Below are positions 12,593 through 32,191 of a stretch of 64,000 nucleotides of DNA, one piece after another; within the stretch, counting starts at the first letter, position 1; each line of letters opens with the position of its first letter. Made by a program: the position numbers and the translations under genes. The notes below the pieces were generated by a model. The model was not told the origin of the DNA and searched no databases. It was given only the letters and a program-made list of their open reading frames with translations. This stretch comes from Leidyana gryllorum EB-2025a (taxonomy: Eukaryota; Protista; Apicomplexa). The stretch is from the NCBI GenBank assembly GCA_048772705.1, contig JBLWGC010000230.1, positions 1,426,001-1,490,000 on the forward strand, given 5' to 3'.

Positions 12593-13163
12593 ATGGTCAG
12601 CTGGAAGTTGTGCGACTCCCTCGCAACCATTAGTGGCTTTTCGCTGGCGGGTTTTAATGCGATAGGCTGTAGCATACAATTGATCTACCTGGGGTTTGCT
12701 GCTGTCACTAGGGTCTCCAGTCGCTGCTGGAGGGACCACTGGTCTGTCCTACTTGTCAGTATTCATGGAATTCACTTTATCGCTATGTTACTCGGGATCT
12801 TAGCACTGCGTGTCAGATCTGCTGGTCTCATGCTCGCGTTTTCACTTGGTGAGTCGGTCGGCTCATCTCGGATTGATGTGATGATCAGGCCTGCAAGTCA
12901 CGCTGGTGTGTCTCACGGGGGCGCTTGTTGGAACGCTGGTATTCACACTCCTTCACCAAAGTATCAGCAATATCACTGAGGGCAATGGTTTGCTGATTCT
13001 GGCTGGGAACCCACTGATAATTCTTGTCAATTGGTTCATGTTGAGTGCGGCTCTCAGTTTGCGGAAAGTGTTTGATGTTGGAGGAACAGGTTGGGAGAGG
13101 ATGAACCACGAGCAAGTCCGCAACCTCCTCGACGACGCTTACTACCCAGCAGTGCACCAATGA
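12593..13163 (+). CDS. 4-TM membrane protein, GGTGWE family copy 3
   Basis: Intron 12849-12888 (40 nt, phase 1); LRKVFDVGGTGWERMNH. Confidence 0.8.
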
Positions 13164-13380
13164 TAGAATTTTACCACTCACTGACTCGAGTCTCCCCTTA
13201 CTCCCCGCTGCTGGTGGCTGCTACCATCTGCCGCCGACCTCACTTTTCGTTCAACCACGTACTACTACCTCCACTGCGTATTCCTGTATACGACTGCTGA
13301 TTTACCAAGGGACCCTCCTGACAGGCCAAACATCAAATCAATGCTCCAAGGTTCCCAAAATTCGCTGTCAAGGATTGTAG

Positions 13381-13982
13381 ATGGAGCCATTAGATGGGGA
13401 GAATTCGTTGGCCGAGCTTTGTGGTCTCTCCCTGGCCAAGTTTACTCTCCTGTCAGGAGTCCTCCAAACCCTGCTGATGGCATTCTCTTTTGTACTTGAA
13501 GCTATTCGCACCCACTGGACAGATTCATGGTTTTTAACCTTCCTCCTGGCGGACTTTTATCATGTTGCGGTTGCAGTCATCGCCGTTGTCGCGGTCCGCT
13601 GCAGTTCAGTGAGTCTCCTAGACTTGTATAAAATAGGTGAGACGACGAACAGAGAACCCTAGTCATCACATCGCTCGTTTCGTATCACTCAGGCTTGGGC
13701 ACCGCGCTCATCATCCGATGCTCCCTCCTTGTTTGTGCCGTCATGCTCCTCCCCAGCTGGGGATTGGATGTAGGACCAGACTTCGTCGTCCTCCATCTCA
13801 TCTACCTCATCATTGTGTATTCCGCCTTCATCCTTTCCTTCTCAACCCTCTTCCAAGCGGCTGAGGCACTGGCTCGAGTTTTTTATGTGGGAGGTACAGG
13901 CTGGGAAAGGATGAGCTATCAGCATCTAAAGTCGGCTTCCATATATGATGAAGAAGCAGTAGCTGATATCAATCAAGTATAA
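13381..13982 (+). CDS. 4-TM membrane protein, GGTGWE family copy 4
   Basis: Intron 13637-13692 (56 nt, phase 1); LARVFYVGGTGWERMSY. Confidence 0.8.
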
Positions 13983-14502
13983 TGGAGACGGCACTGTTCT
14001 ATGCATACGCGAATTCCCATGCAGATCTCCGAGGAGAACGAGCGATGGAATACCACGGCGACTGGCTCCTGTATATTGCCAAACTGAAGTTGCCAGTCAA
14101 AAAGAGGACTATTGTGTCTTCAGCTCTGTCAGCATCAGCTGAAAATAACTCGTGCTTGCCCAGATGTCCAAGCGATGCGAGCTCAAGCAACCCCGTAGAA
14201 TCCTTATCTCATCAGAATGTGATCACAGAGTTGTCAGGTTAAATACACTATTAGCCCGTCCAGCCGTCTCTCTCTCTCTAGTATGAAGATCGTTTTCGCT
14301 CCCGGAAATCAACCAGAGTCGTTTATGATCTTCAGGATACGCAAGGTGGAGTCGGCGATTGGCTTATGCTGGGTGGTTTTGAGGCAATCCAAATCCGATA
14401 TACATTCGATGCCGTTCAACTAGTGCTCAACTCATTTCAACAATCAAAAAGAAGAGCTTATCATAACGGTATTCCGAGTTCAGGACCGACAAAAAAGTCT
14501 AT

Positions 14503-15645
<1,143 letters not shown>

Positions 15646-15750
15646 TCACCACATTTGCATCGCCTATAGTGTCAAGCTTTGATGTTTACAAAGGCCAATT
15701 TCGTGTTACTGAGATCAAATTTCGTCAGACATAACCAAAAATCACTCTCT

Positions 15751-16893
<1,143 letters not shown>

Positions 16894-16998
16894 TCACCAC
16901 ATTTGCATCGCCTATAGTGTCAAGCTTTGATGTTTACAAAGGCCAATTTCGTGTTACTGAGATCAAATTTCGTCAGACATAACCAAAAATCACTCTCT

Positions 16999-18069
<1,071 letters not shown>

Positions 18070-18246
18070 CTAACAGTAGTGAGTGGAATATGGTGTGTGC
18101 GATGATGTGTGCGAGACGCCATACGGCTGTCTCCTGTACACTCACACATCAGCATCGCCGATAGTGTCAAGACTTTGATGTTTACAAAGGCCAGTTTCGT
18201 GTTACTGAGATCAAATTTCGTCAGACATAACCAAAAATCACTCTCT

Positions 18247-19389
<1,143 letters not shown>

Positions 19390-19494
19390 TCACCACATTT
19401 GCATCGCCTATAGTGTCAAGCTTTGATGTTTACAAAGGCCAATTTCGTGTTACTGAGATCAAATTTCGTCAGACATAACCAAAAATCACTCTCT

Positions 19495-20565
<1,071 letters not shown>

Positions 20566-20742
20566 CTAACAGTAGTGAGTGGAATATGGTGTGTGCGATG
20601 ATGTGTGCGAGACGCCATACGGCTGTCTCCTGTACACTCACACATCAGCATCGCCGATAGTGTCAAGACTTTGATGTTTACAAAGGCCAGTTTCGTGTTA
20701 CTGAGATCAAATTTCGTCAGACATAACCAAAAATCACTCTCT

Positions 20743-21909
<1,167 letters not shown>

Positions 21910-21972
21910 TCAGAAGGGCCAAAGTCGTTATGGTGAGATCGAACTAGTCAGACATACCGAAATTCAGTCTCT

Positions 21973-22883
21973 CTACATTCCACATACTTTCTCAACGTGA
22001 ACGGCGAGGTCGCAAAGGCGAGTAGAGTAGGCGGCTTTCCTCTCCTACCACGAGACGAGCTTCACGAACTAAGGATTGAAGGGGAGGCCAGCGTTATGTC
22101 GAAAATCGAAGGTCTTTCGTCATCGACCAAGTCGGCAGAGACGAGTCCGTGAATAGTAAAACTCGAAATGCCCTTCAAAGGACCGTCAGCGGCCTGCTCA
22201 ATGGCGATCGTGATCTCTTCGTGAAACGTCTCCCTCTCCAGGACGCAAGGAGATCGCGACAAAGACATCAGTTGTGGGCACCCGCAACGCCATACCGGTC
22301 ACTCGCCGTTGAGAGACGGGATAATCTTCCTGAATGCTTCAGCCACACCAGCGGTAGACGGAAAGATGTTGACACCGGTGGCGCTACGCGAGCGACAGTA
22401 CTCCCCACCCTCATTCGTGCCGTCGAGGGTGAGTTGATTAGCAGTCAACAATGCCGAAGTCTCGTGGACTACCTAAGCCAAAGGCACCAGGCACTTAGTG
22501 TTAGGTACAGGAAGGTGAAAAAACCGTCGATGTCCTTCTTTCACTCCTCATGATGGACTCCCAAATACGTGAATAGGTCCCCGGTTTTCAGGGAGCAGAG
22601 ATGATGACTTTCTTGGGACCACCAAGCTGCTCAATGCAGCCAGGCGTCCCAGTTGCCCAAGCGTCCACACCGGCGGAGCCTCATCGAGTGATTGTCTTTC
22701 CGTTTACCACCAATTTGCCGTTGCTGTGGGAGAGGTCGCCTTTACATGTGTGGTGGGCAGCATCGTACTGAAGCTGACGATGAAGGCTCATTGACGGCGA
22801 TACAGTCGAGTTCTTGTGCTCAAAGGCAATTTGGGAGAGGAGACGGCCGATGCCACCGGATGCGCTATCGGCAAACTTGATCC
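21973..22883 (-). pseudogene. GAPDH: Degenerate GAPDH copy
   Basis: Alignable to the array unit; ATG lost, stops and frameshift at the CTTNC site, deletion removing [10 protein letters not shown]. Confidence 0.9.
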
Positions 22884-22990
22884 TGATTCAATGAAAGTGG
22901 AAACCGGTGTTAAGATGATAAGAAAATGAAGCGAAGTATGGGGGATGCGCGATTCAGGAGGGGTGGAATGATAATACAAAATGGCGGGCA

Positions 22991-25900
22991 CTAATCATAC
23001 TCTTCGTCGTCGACTGGTGTGAGAGTGATATCGGCTTTGAGCGAGAGAGCTTGTTTGAGGAAGCTGGTGAGATCACGTCGACCCTCAACCGTTTCGAGCG
23101 GCTTTAGTTCGGCGATGGCTTCGCCCTCTTTGGATATGCTTTGCTCCAAGACCACATGGTCTTTGAGCAATTCATTAGGTTCCTCGGCCGGCGTGTCGGT
23201 CGGTGGGGTTGGAGCTGGCCGTATTTCCACCGAAGCATCAGGTTGAAGCTGCATGGAGGTGGCTGGCGACATCAGAGGAGTTGATCTGCCCATTGGTGCT
23301 TCACCGACTTCGACACTAACGATAGAGCTCAATAACTCCTTTTCCTTCTCGTTCAAGGCACTTTCTGCCCACTTCATCAGTGTTGGACTTTCCTCTTCAG
23401 GCTGAACAATGACTGGGGCATCTTCTTTCTCGCATATGTCATCATGTACTATACAAAGTGTTAAGATACCGCTGGGTTTCGAGCTGCTGTTGATGGTCTC
23501 CTGTTCCGCGTCGGCATATTTGTCGCGTCGCATCACCAGAGCGACATCCGCAACAGCCCCGAGCTGGTCGCCGATGGAGCCTCCCTTTGTCGGCATCTCA
23601 AATTCCAGATTGAAGATTGTGGTGGCCTTCTTCAGAAGCTGCATCGGCTGAGCTGCCACCTTTATTGGGGGAATGGTGGGTTCTTTGGCTTTCCGACGCC
23701 GTGGCGAGACCAGAGTGGCCGTGTTCTGGCTGTTGGTGTGTTTAACAGACCCAGTGGACAACTGATTGTCCGTGCCTCTGGTGGTGCTCCGTCGAGGTGA
23801 TCGACTCCCCACATTCACACTCGGGCTTTTCGCGCCCAAGCGGCCGGCCCGGAAGCGTTCTGTTTGCATTGTCTCGTGGGAGTCATCTCCTCCTGGGGAC
23901 TTCCTGAAACTCAAGTTCAGTCCCATGCTGGAGGACGAGGAGGATGACAGGGCTGACTCTCCAGATCCAGAGGACATACTTGTCATGCTCAGACTCTCTT
24001 CTTTCAGCTTCTTTGTAAAGAGATCCATCGACACCTCGACACGGAACGCAGGTAATTGTCGCATAGCCAACATCCCGGACAAGTACTCGGCTGCTTCTGT
24101 AGCAATCATAGCGCAGTCAATCTCATCATCAGTGCCAATCCAACCCTGATGAGACGAGTATTAAGAGTTGCGAAGCTTTTCGAAACGTACCTCGCCCAGC
24201 AGAAAACTGACGTGCATCAGCTTGATATGATCCTTGTACAGCTTGAGTAGATCGGCCATTTTCTGGAGTTGCAATACCTCTTCCAGCAGAGAGCCACATG
24301 CTATAGGTCCAAGATCCGCTGCTCGTTTCCATTGACGTCGGAGTATTTGGGTCCGGAGTATCCCTTCCGGCGAAGGGTCCACCACCAAATGGCACACAGG
24401 GGGGATAGATGGGGCATCTCGTACATTCTGAGATCGACCGGCGGGATACTGTCTCAACTCAGCCCGAGTGATCGGATCCAGTTCAGGATCCTGGAGTCGT
24501 TCTTGCACTGCTTGACTCACTGCACTCCGTCTCTCATTTGCGAGAGCATATTCGGCTGCAGCTATAAGCCAATCGAGGTGAGTCATCGAGGTCAATCGCA
24601 TTCGAATAGGCTCAGCAGCTTGCAGGTTTTTGCTCAGAGCGAGCCGTCGTAATTGTCCCAGGAACCCTTCAATTTTCCGATCGAAAGTCTTATTCACAAG
24701 ATACCGCCGTGCTTCGGGTCTCAGGAGCGGAACAATAGTGAAATCTGGAGTATTGGGTTCAATATTCCACTCCTTGTCGTCCACCATGTTCTCCACAGCC
24801 TCGCTTTGTATGATCTGTTCCGCCTCTTGTGGTGTATAGGACCAGGGGGCAGCGGTTATGGCGAGAGGGCGGACTGCTCTCAAAGTATGTACTGTCCAAA
24901 CGAGGAAGTCGTCTGCCACTTCTCGACAAATGGGAAACAACTTGTTTTCGAATGGTGTGGCCCGACTGATGGTGATCTGTGAGGTTCCAAACAACTGCAG
25001 AATGGAGGTCGCTATTGACGGCGCGGGGGCTGGTATTAGGGTCAAACTGATGGGATTGATCATTCGAATCAAACGGGTCATCAGATCGAACGTCGCGACC
25101 TCTTGAACACATCCTTTGGCTCGACTGGCCCATCCATCTGTAAGACATTCAGTGTTCAGACCGATAGTGAGGTGAACCAGAGATACCGCCTCTAAGCCAG
25201 ATGCTATGAGGAGAGAAGACACCGGTCCCGGCTCCTCCATCTGCAAGCTCGGGAATCTCTCTTTCAGGAGTACACGAACTTCCTCGAGCTCAAAGTGTAG
25301 TCGCCGTGTTGTGCCAATTTCATGAAGACTCGGGTTTGTACCTCCCGAGTCTGTGGCCGGTTTCTTGGTGGACAACCGAGAAATGGCTCGGCTGGAAAGG
25401 AGACGGCTCTTATTGTTTGTCACCATCCGAGCGACACTCCGGCTACTGGCCCGCGTCTCCCGTCGATTTCCTTTGCGAGCACCGCCGCTGGCTTCAAGAC
25501 CCTCTTCCATGGGACTACGAATACCGTCAAGGTTGGCAGCCAGAATGTCTGCCGCGTTCTGAAGCCCATCGCCAGAGTCGTCAATCTGCTCACAGGACGG
25601 CAAAGGAAACTCAACCTCCCTCAGCAGCATTTGATGATCTTCACGATAGGGATTGAATCCAGCAAGATGGAGGTATTTCAGGTGCGGAATCGATACACAC
25701 GGCAGCGGTGGTAATGCATCGAGCCTCGGAGGCAACTTCTTGCGAGACGATTTCAGCGCCCGCGGAGGCAATCTTAATTTGGTGCCACTTGGAGCTTCCA
25801 CTCCTTCCTCGTTGAGACTGCCAAGTCTAACCATTGGTTCGATGTAATTGGTGTTCAGTCGGGACTCCCACACCAAATCTTCCAATGCCTCACACAAAGT

Positions 25901-28101
25901 GGGGTCCCAGTCGAGATCGAGTGTTAGAGCCTGTAGTCGCCCAGCGCAGGTGGATAAGATATCCTGGAAGTTTAATCGGTAATCGTATGGGCCGGCCAAG
26001 TGCTGTATTTCGACATCAACCTTCGGCGGCAAGATACGATTTAAAAGCCCAATATCCTCAGTTAATTTGACCGCTCCTGCGCTGAAGCGTAGTAGCTGCC
26101 AGGCCGGGAACGTTTCGTCCATCTGGGATCCGAATTGTACCATCGATCGGTGTGCGGCCACTTCCAATTTGTGAAGATACACTTTTGCTCTTTCCGGTCC
26201 CATCAACTTCATAAAGAACTCTTGACTCTCGAGCTGTTGAATATCCCTTTCGAAGGACGCGATGCCTTCATATATGGATCCGGTCTTTGATGCACACAGA
26301 GCCTCTATGAGCAGATTTTGGGCCTGACGTAATTCAGGTAGGAGACTGCTGAACCTTCGGAACGACAAGAAAGATTCGATGGGGTCTCCCGCCCACTGAT
26401 CGCGAATGCGGCTGGGCAACAGATCCAGAGCTCTCTTCAGTATCCGATCTTTGGTGGGTTTGTCGATACGTCCCTTCCATAAATCCAAGAGGGCTCCCAC
26501 GGTGAAGAGAGAGGGGAAGTTGCGTTCGCACAACAATTGAGCATTGAAAGGTAAATGAGACATTATGGACCCCACCAAGCAATTGACCATTGCTGTCATA
26601 TTGTAGCTACGCATCGCACCTTCTGGAGATCTATAATCCAGCGCCCGTTTGAAATCTTTCGAATCCTCTTCGGCAGCCACGCGAAGGAAGTTCTCGGCTT
26701 GATCTAAGTATTCGTAGCCCTGAGGCGACACTGAGGCCCCATCTTCTCCAATTGATGAGCCACTGTGAGCGACTGGCCCACTACGAGGAGACACCATCGT
26801 AGTGCCGAACTGACCGAGACCTCTCTTCTCCTTCCGATAAGATATTAAGGGCAGCAAACTCTCCGTCATGAGATCGCCGTCCGATCCTTGAAGGATTATA
26901 GATTCGAGAGTCATCCTGCTTTGCATTGTGAACAATCGAGCGAACAAAGATCGCGTCAGTCTCCTATTCAGTTCATCGTGAGGTGACGTGGCGACCATTA
27001 AGAGTCGCAGCGCCTTGGAGGAGTCAATGATTCTGGGGAGGAGGATTGTAATGTTCGAGGGACCCGCTCGAGTTGCTGTACTCACCTTGCAGCGGCTCCC
27101 AGTACGAGTTTCATTCTCTTTTGTGCCGTTCCGTTACTATAAGAGAGGAAGTCAGGTTGAAGGTTGGGGTGGATGACTTACATTTCGGTGTCATCTTCTT
27201 CCATAGCTTTCGGAGCGTAGAGCAGAGGCGCACTGAAGGCCATCTCGCTCAGTTGGGGGAACTCAATACGGCTGAGGAGGTACGCCCAACGAGCCGCATG
27301 AGATCCACATATCCTTAGTAAGGTGACATTCGGAAAGCTGAAACGACGGAGAGCGTCACTCCGTCTCTTCCCGCCTTCACCGAGGAACCACGGTTTCTCA
27401 TTCGATAAGGGCCAGGAGCTCATAAATCCGTCCTCCAATCGATCGTCGGAAGGTGATTGGGAAGTGGTCGGGGAGACTCGCACCATAGTCGGCGGAGTTT
27501 GTTGAGACTGCAGCGGAGAGATAGATGTCACAGTCTCTCAGTCTCTTCTACTCACCGAGAAGTGTAGAGTACGCAGGCTCAGCTTATTGTTGCGGAATAA
27601 TGACAAAAGCTCGTCCTCTAAGGCCAGGTTGGCTGTGCCCACGACAAGATTCTCGAGGGTGACTCCAACTCGCTGTAACACCATTTGGCGAAACTTGGGA
27701 GGCGCTCTATGCCAGAGAGGGTGATCCAACCATAATGTACCGTTGGGATGAACTATGGGCATTTCGACCCGAGTTCGTCCGAGTGCTCGGCCACTCTCCA
27801 TGAATGCCGCATAGAACTCCATGCGGGTGAGTATCACTCGCGCTTGGTGCTCTATGCGTAGATACGAGAAGATGATATGCCAGATTGTTGGCGGGAACGG
27901 TCCCACTGGGTCATCCGTTCGAACTGGGGGTGTGGCCATAGATGGCCGACTTTGCGGAAATGCGGCAGCGAGGAATGTCGGCCGACGGAGAGCCGTCGCT
28001 ATCTCAGGGTTTGGTTTGTCTGGGCCATGAAGAAACGCGCTGGGATCCACTGACGCCCGTTGTTGGGCGCCCAGGGGACGGCCAATGACACTTGGCCTCA
28101 T
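22991..28101 (-). CDS. Large hypothetical protein (~1,600 aa) with an N-terminal F-box-like motif
   Basis: Introns 27508-27555, 27137-27181, 27033-27085 and 24146-24190 join four ORFs; FPPTIWHIIFSYL resembles an F-box; scattered LxxLxL segments. Confidence 0.55.
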
Positions 28102-28142
28102 TGGGGGCTTAGACTGTATCTGGACGCATGCAGGTCAGAAAG

Positions 28143-28631
28143 TCAATATAGGAGGTCATCCGCCGAAGCGGGGGGCGGGGGCGGTTTCTGCACCGCGGGA
28201 GGTGGCGGAGAAGGGACCCCACCGTTCTCGTCAGCCTGCCAAGTGAGCCGCGTGACCTGCGTCACATGTGACAAGTGGGCAGAGTTCCGCGAATGAATGA
28301 GCCTACCTTCAACCACATCTCTTTAGTCGCAAAGTCAAAGGAGAGGGGCTGGTTCGGGTTGGGGGGGAGGTCAAACCAGAGGAAGCCGCCCTGCTCGGCC
28401 TTTATTCCGACTCTGCAATGTGTAAAGTTGTGTGTGTGAGTGGATATATTGAGTAGTGCGTTGTTGAACGACAACACACCTGTGATGGTATTTGCCTTTC
28501 AGAGGGAAGTGTGTTTGTATATCTTCCACGGTGGGAGGTTTGTGTGGGTCTAACGGGATGGTGAAGACATCTGGTGGTGCTGATGGTTCACACTGGTCGT
28601 CTGTGACGAAGTAGAAGACTGTGAGGAACAT
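28143..28631 (-). CDS. Small DIX-domain-like protein (3 exons)
   Basis: MFLTVFYF...PDVFTIP...PTVEDIQTHFPLKGKYHHR, then GFLWFDL and a proline-rich tail; stop 28143-28145. Confidence 0.6.
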
Positions 28632-28917
28632 CAATTTTTTATCCTGCGAAAAGTGTAAAGGTTGTCTGGCGGCGGGTGAAGCTTGGCAGGAACACCCTAC
28701 GACAAGAGCTAATGCATTGAAGCTGGGTGTAGTGAAATTGCGGTAGTTCATCTAGGCCAGCCAGCGATCGATTGCAAGAATTGGAGCCGCAGAAGATTGT
28801 GCATTTTGAACCTTCTGCTATCTCTGTGTCAAGTGACTTTCAAAGGTGACCCTACAAATTAGGAAAACGACGGAGTCGGAGGAGAAAGCGGCGGCCCCCG
28901 AGCTGGCCTCGGCGGCG

Positions 28918-29775
28918 ATGGATTTAGCGTATCTATTGCTGGACATCGACCAAGATGCATTGACTCCAGCGGAGAGGTTGGCTCAACATCTGCAACACCT
29001 CAATGATGAGACCACTCAAGACGCTCTCGGTCGTCCGGATTTATATTCTTCCGAAGATACCGTCTCCCCGTCTGGGACTCAATTGGACGATGCTTTGGCC
29101 GCAATGACACAGGCGTATCTTGCGGCCTTCCTGTCATCTGTGGCCGACCCTCCCCCTCCAAGACCTTACCGGAGTCCAACCAACGGAAGGCCGACCCTCC
29201 CCTTACTTCCGCGTTTCGACACGCGTTCGGAAAGTGGACCGGAATGCAGCACACCACTCAACATGAGAGCAATGACTTCAAAGTCCACCGGCGGCGTAGG
29301 CTCCAACGGGAGCTACATGCCCAGCTTCTTCAACAACGGTGGCCAGAGTCCTGGCGGCGCTTGGGGCAACGCGTCCACAGGACGCGCGTCCAAATCGGGA
29401 GGTGGGATGAGTTTCCAAAAGATGCAGTGCTTCAAGACGAAGCAATGCCGCTTCTGGCTCGACGGCCGCTGCACCAGAGGCGATGAGTGTACATTCGCGC
29501 ACTGTGACGGTGAACTTCGAGACAAACCTGACCTCACAAAGACCAAGATCTGTGCCAAGTGGCGGGCTGGTCAGTGCCCCAAGTCAGCAGAGGAATGTAC
29601 TTACGCACATGGCGTCGAGTATTTGCGCACTCTCCACGCCCATGGATCAAGTTCAAACGCCAGTCGATCCGAACTCGATCGCTCTCCGATCCACAACTCA
29701 CGCACTGAAGACCCTTTACTTTCCAAACTCGCAGCCTTCACTACGAACCTCAACGATCCCGCTGAGGAACTATAA
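28918..29775 (+). CDS. Tandem CCCH zinc-finger RNA-binding protein
   Basis: FKTKQC-x7-C-x5-C-x3-H and TKTKIC-x7-C-x6-C-x3-H; first ATG at 28918. Confidence 0.9.
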   Translation: MDLAYLLLDIDQDALTPAERLAQHLQHLNDETTQDALGRPDLYSSEDTVSPSGTQLDDALAAMTQAYLAAFLSSVADPPPPRPYRSPTNGRPTLPLLPRFDTRSESGPECSTPLNMRAMTSKSTGGVGSNGSYMPSFFNNGGQSPGGAWGNASTGRASKSGGGMSFQKMQCFKTKQCRFWLDGRCTRGDECTFAHCDGELRDKPDLTKTKICAKWRAGQCPKSAEECTYAHGVEYLRTLHAHGSSSNASRSELDRSPIHNSRTEDPLLSKLAAFTTNLNDPAEEL

Positions 29776-30108
29776 TAAATATACGACTGGCTCTCTGCGG
29801 ATATTAATGCTCAATGAGTTGGCTTCTATTGCAGCGATATCACATCATGTACCTCCATTCGTCGACTACACGAGTGCCGAATGCATGATTGACTCAATAC
29901 ACATCTGACATGAAAGGCTCTTCATACAATCGTTACTTCTCTACTTCACTTTCGCGCACAACTATCTGTCTTCTCGCCACATACACACACACACACATCA
30001 TTCGGCTGTCACGCATACGGACGGACGCATCACCACTGCTTACTCACTTCACTTACGCACGCACACTTACATAACTACACTGGAAAAAGAAACGATTGGA
30101 TTGGCATC

Positions 30109-30906
30109 TCACGACGAGGAGAGATTACGCTGGAGCCCGGGCGTTCCCATTCTCACTTGATGCACCCAGCATAACTGAAAAACGCCGATCTATGGTGCTC
30201 TCAGTATACCAAGGTGCCCTTCCAATACTCACGTCATCAATGCCTACATTTGTGGTGGCGTCTCTCTCACCGACAACAGCCGTCCTACTTAACTTCTTTT
30301 GCGCAAACAGCCTCGCTCTCTGTGTCTCTCACCGCCCCTCCACCGAGGTCGCTGTGCCCACTCGTCAAGATATGCTGCGAGGGCTCCTCTCTTCCAGCGA
30401 TAGTGGTGCCGGCGTTTCTACCATAAGTTTACCTTCACTGCCAGGAGTTTGGTCAACGATAACAGGATAACAGGTGAGTCAGTGATCGTCGTTGGTTTGA
30501 TTAATGGAGCGTTCAGGGTTATATGGAGAGTAGAGAGCTTCGCGCCTGAATTTCCGACCGCACACGAGGTTCAAGCTGACTACAGTGCTGACGCCTACCA
30601 CTCACTCACACACACAATTCGAGCCCGCCCGTGGCCTAAGCCTCAATGAAATCCGTTGATCGCGCTCGTCAGTCCAAGTTACGGCTTTCCCAGAGCAAAG
30701 GAAGTTAGTTGCTCGAACTTAGAGACAACAGTTGGTAGGAGAGCGCAGAATGGTTGCGCTTACGTTTATCGCCACTTCTTGGTGACTATGGGCTATGCCG
30801 CAGCCTCCGATTGACTGTGACAACGGGAGCCTTTTTCGTACGCCTTCTCATTGATCAACCTCACATATCTGCTGGCTTCAGTTTTGCTACCAAGGTGCAG
30901 GAGCAT
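30109..30906 (-). other. Putative micro-exon spliced transcript (small protein or lncRNA)
   Basis: Series of GTGAG/GTAAG/GTAAC...AG introns of 46-64 nt (30815-30864, 30718-30763, 30636-30682, 30546-30609, 30175-30232); the first five exons join in one open frame from ATG 30906. Confidence 0.4.
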
Positions 30907-30909
30907 GCC

Positions 30910-32191
30910 ATGAGCAACGACGACATTGTTGACTGGGCCGAACGAACAGAAGCTTTCCTTCGGGAATCTGGAGCTTCCCGCGACGTTCGTCGAATCTTTC
31001 TATCTGGCCTGTTGTCGCAGGCTCAGCAACAGTTCCCGCAGCCCCCTCAATGGCAACCCCTCGACATAGAGCCGCCGCACCCTGGCCCTTTCATCTCTCC
31101 GCCTGCAGGGCTAATCCCTCCCGACCTTCGTGCCCGCACAACGGAGCTTCATCCACCGCGTCAAACAATCTTCACGGCACCAATCCCCCACCGAGACACT
31201 TCTTCCACCAATTCATCAGCTCCCTTTGCCAACCGCTTGCCCACCGATCCCCCCTCCAACGCGGTCCTTGTCTCACTACCTCCCCCGGACACGGCCCGTG
31301 GTGACAACCTTCCCCAGGACCGTCGTGGATACCTCCAACCTTACCCACTCGGACGACCCAATCCTGTGGACTCGGCCGAAATAACGCTTCCAGCTGCAAC
31401 AGTGCGTCGCAGCCGAGACTATCGTGTATGGGGAGGCTCAGGCACAGGTCCGGTTCCCCCGGATCTAAGAGCCCGGCGGGCGCCTCCACCGCCCTCGCCC
31501 CCATCCAACACACCACTGGCGTCAGACTTGGTGACCGTACTCGGGCATGAGCCAGGAGGGGATGTTAGGGAGACTGCATTATTGCCATATGCACGGATGC
31601 AAACAATATTGACTGGCTTTATGAACGTTTTAGGAGGTATAGATCCGCTTTTGCAGCGATGTCCCTCGCACTACACGCGGTTCTTTGAATGGTTGGGAGA
31701 CAACCATCCTGACCGCTTAGATCAGCTTAGAAACTTGGGACTGGTCTACTTTCTCCGCCGGGTCTTCAGTGACTTGGGAGAAGTGCACGTTGGGTCCCCA
31801 GACGACGAGAGCCTTCCGGGACAACAGGTGCGGGAGCCCTGCAGGGTATGCAAAGGGACGGTGCTGCGGACTTACGGGGAATTAGTGGACGAGAAACGGT
31901 TGAGAGACATGGAACACGGGGTGCAGGACACAGACCATCCGATCGAGAGGCAGTGTTGCGTTTGTCTCGAAACTCTATTGCCACATTCAGTTATTCGGCT
32001 CCTACCCTGCGATCACATCTTCCATGGTGAGTAGTTGTAGAAAAAGGTGGTCAGACGGCTTCGCAGCGAGTTGCATAGATCGATGGCTCCACGATAAGCA
32101 TCACTGCCCCACTTGTCGAGCGGAAATTGTGCCTCGGCCACTCGAACTAGGCTTCGACACAGCCAGTGCCGCATCTCATCTACAGGTCTGA
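30910..32191 (+). CDS. RING-H2 E3 ubiquitin ligase-like protein
   Basis: CCVCLE...LPCDHIFH / ASCIDRWLHDKHHCPTCR across intron 32027-32066; proline-rich N-terminus. Confidence 0.9.

Noticed and set aside
13982-14242. 86-aa ORF and a minus-strand CTGATGAG hammerhead-like core
   Set aside because: No coding support; no matching GAAA or stems for a ribozyme
30096-30470. 124-aa plus-strand ORF
   Set aside because: Non-ATG start and no motifs; splice signals favour the opposite strand
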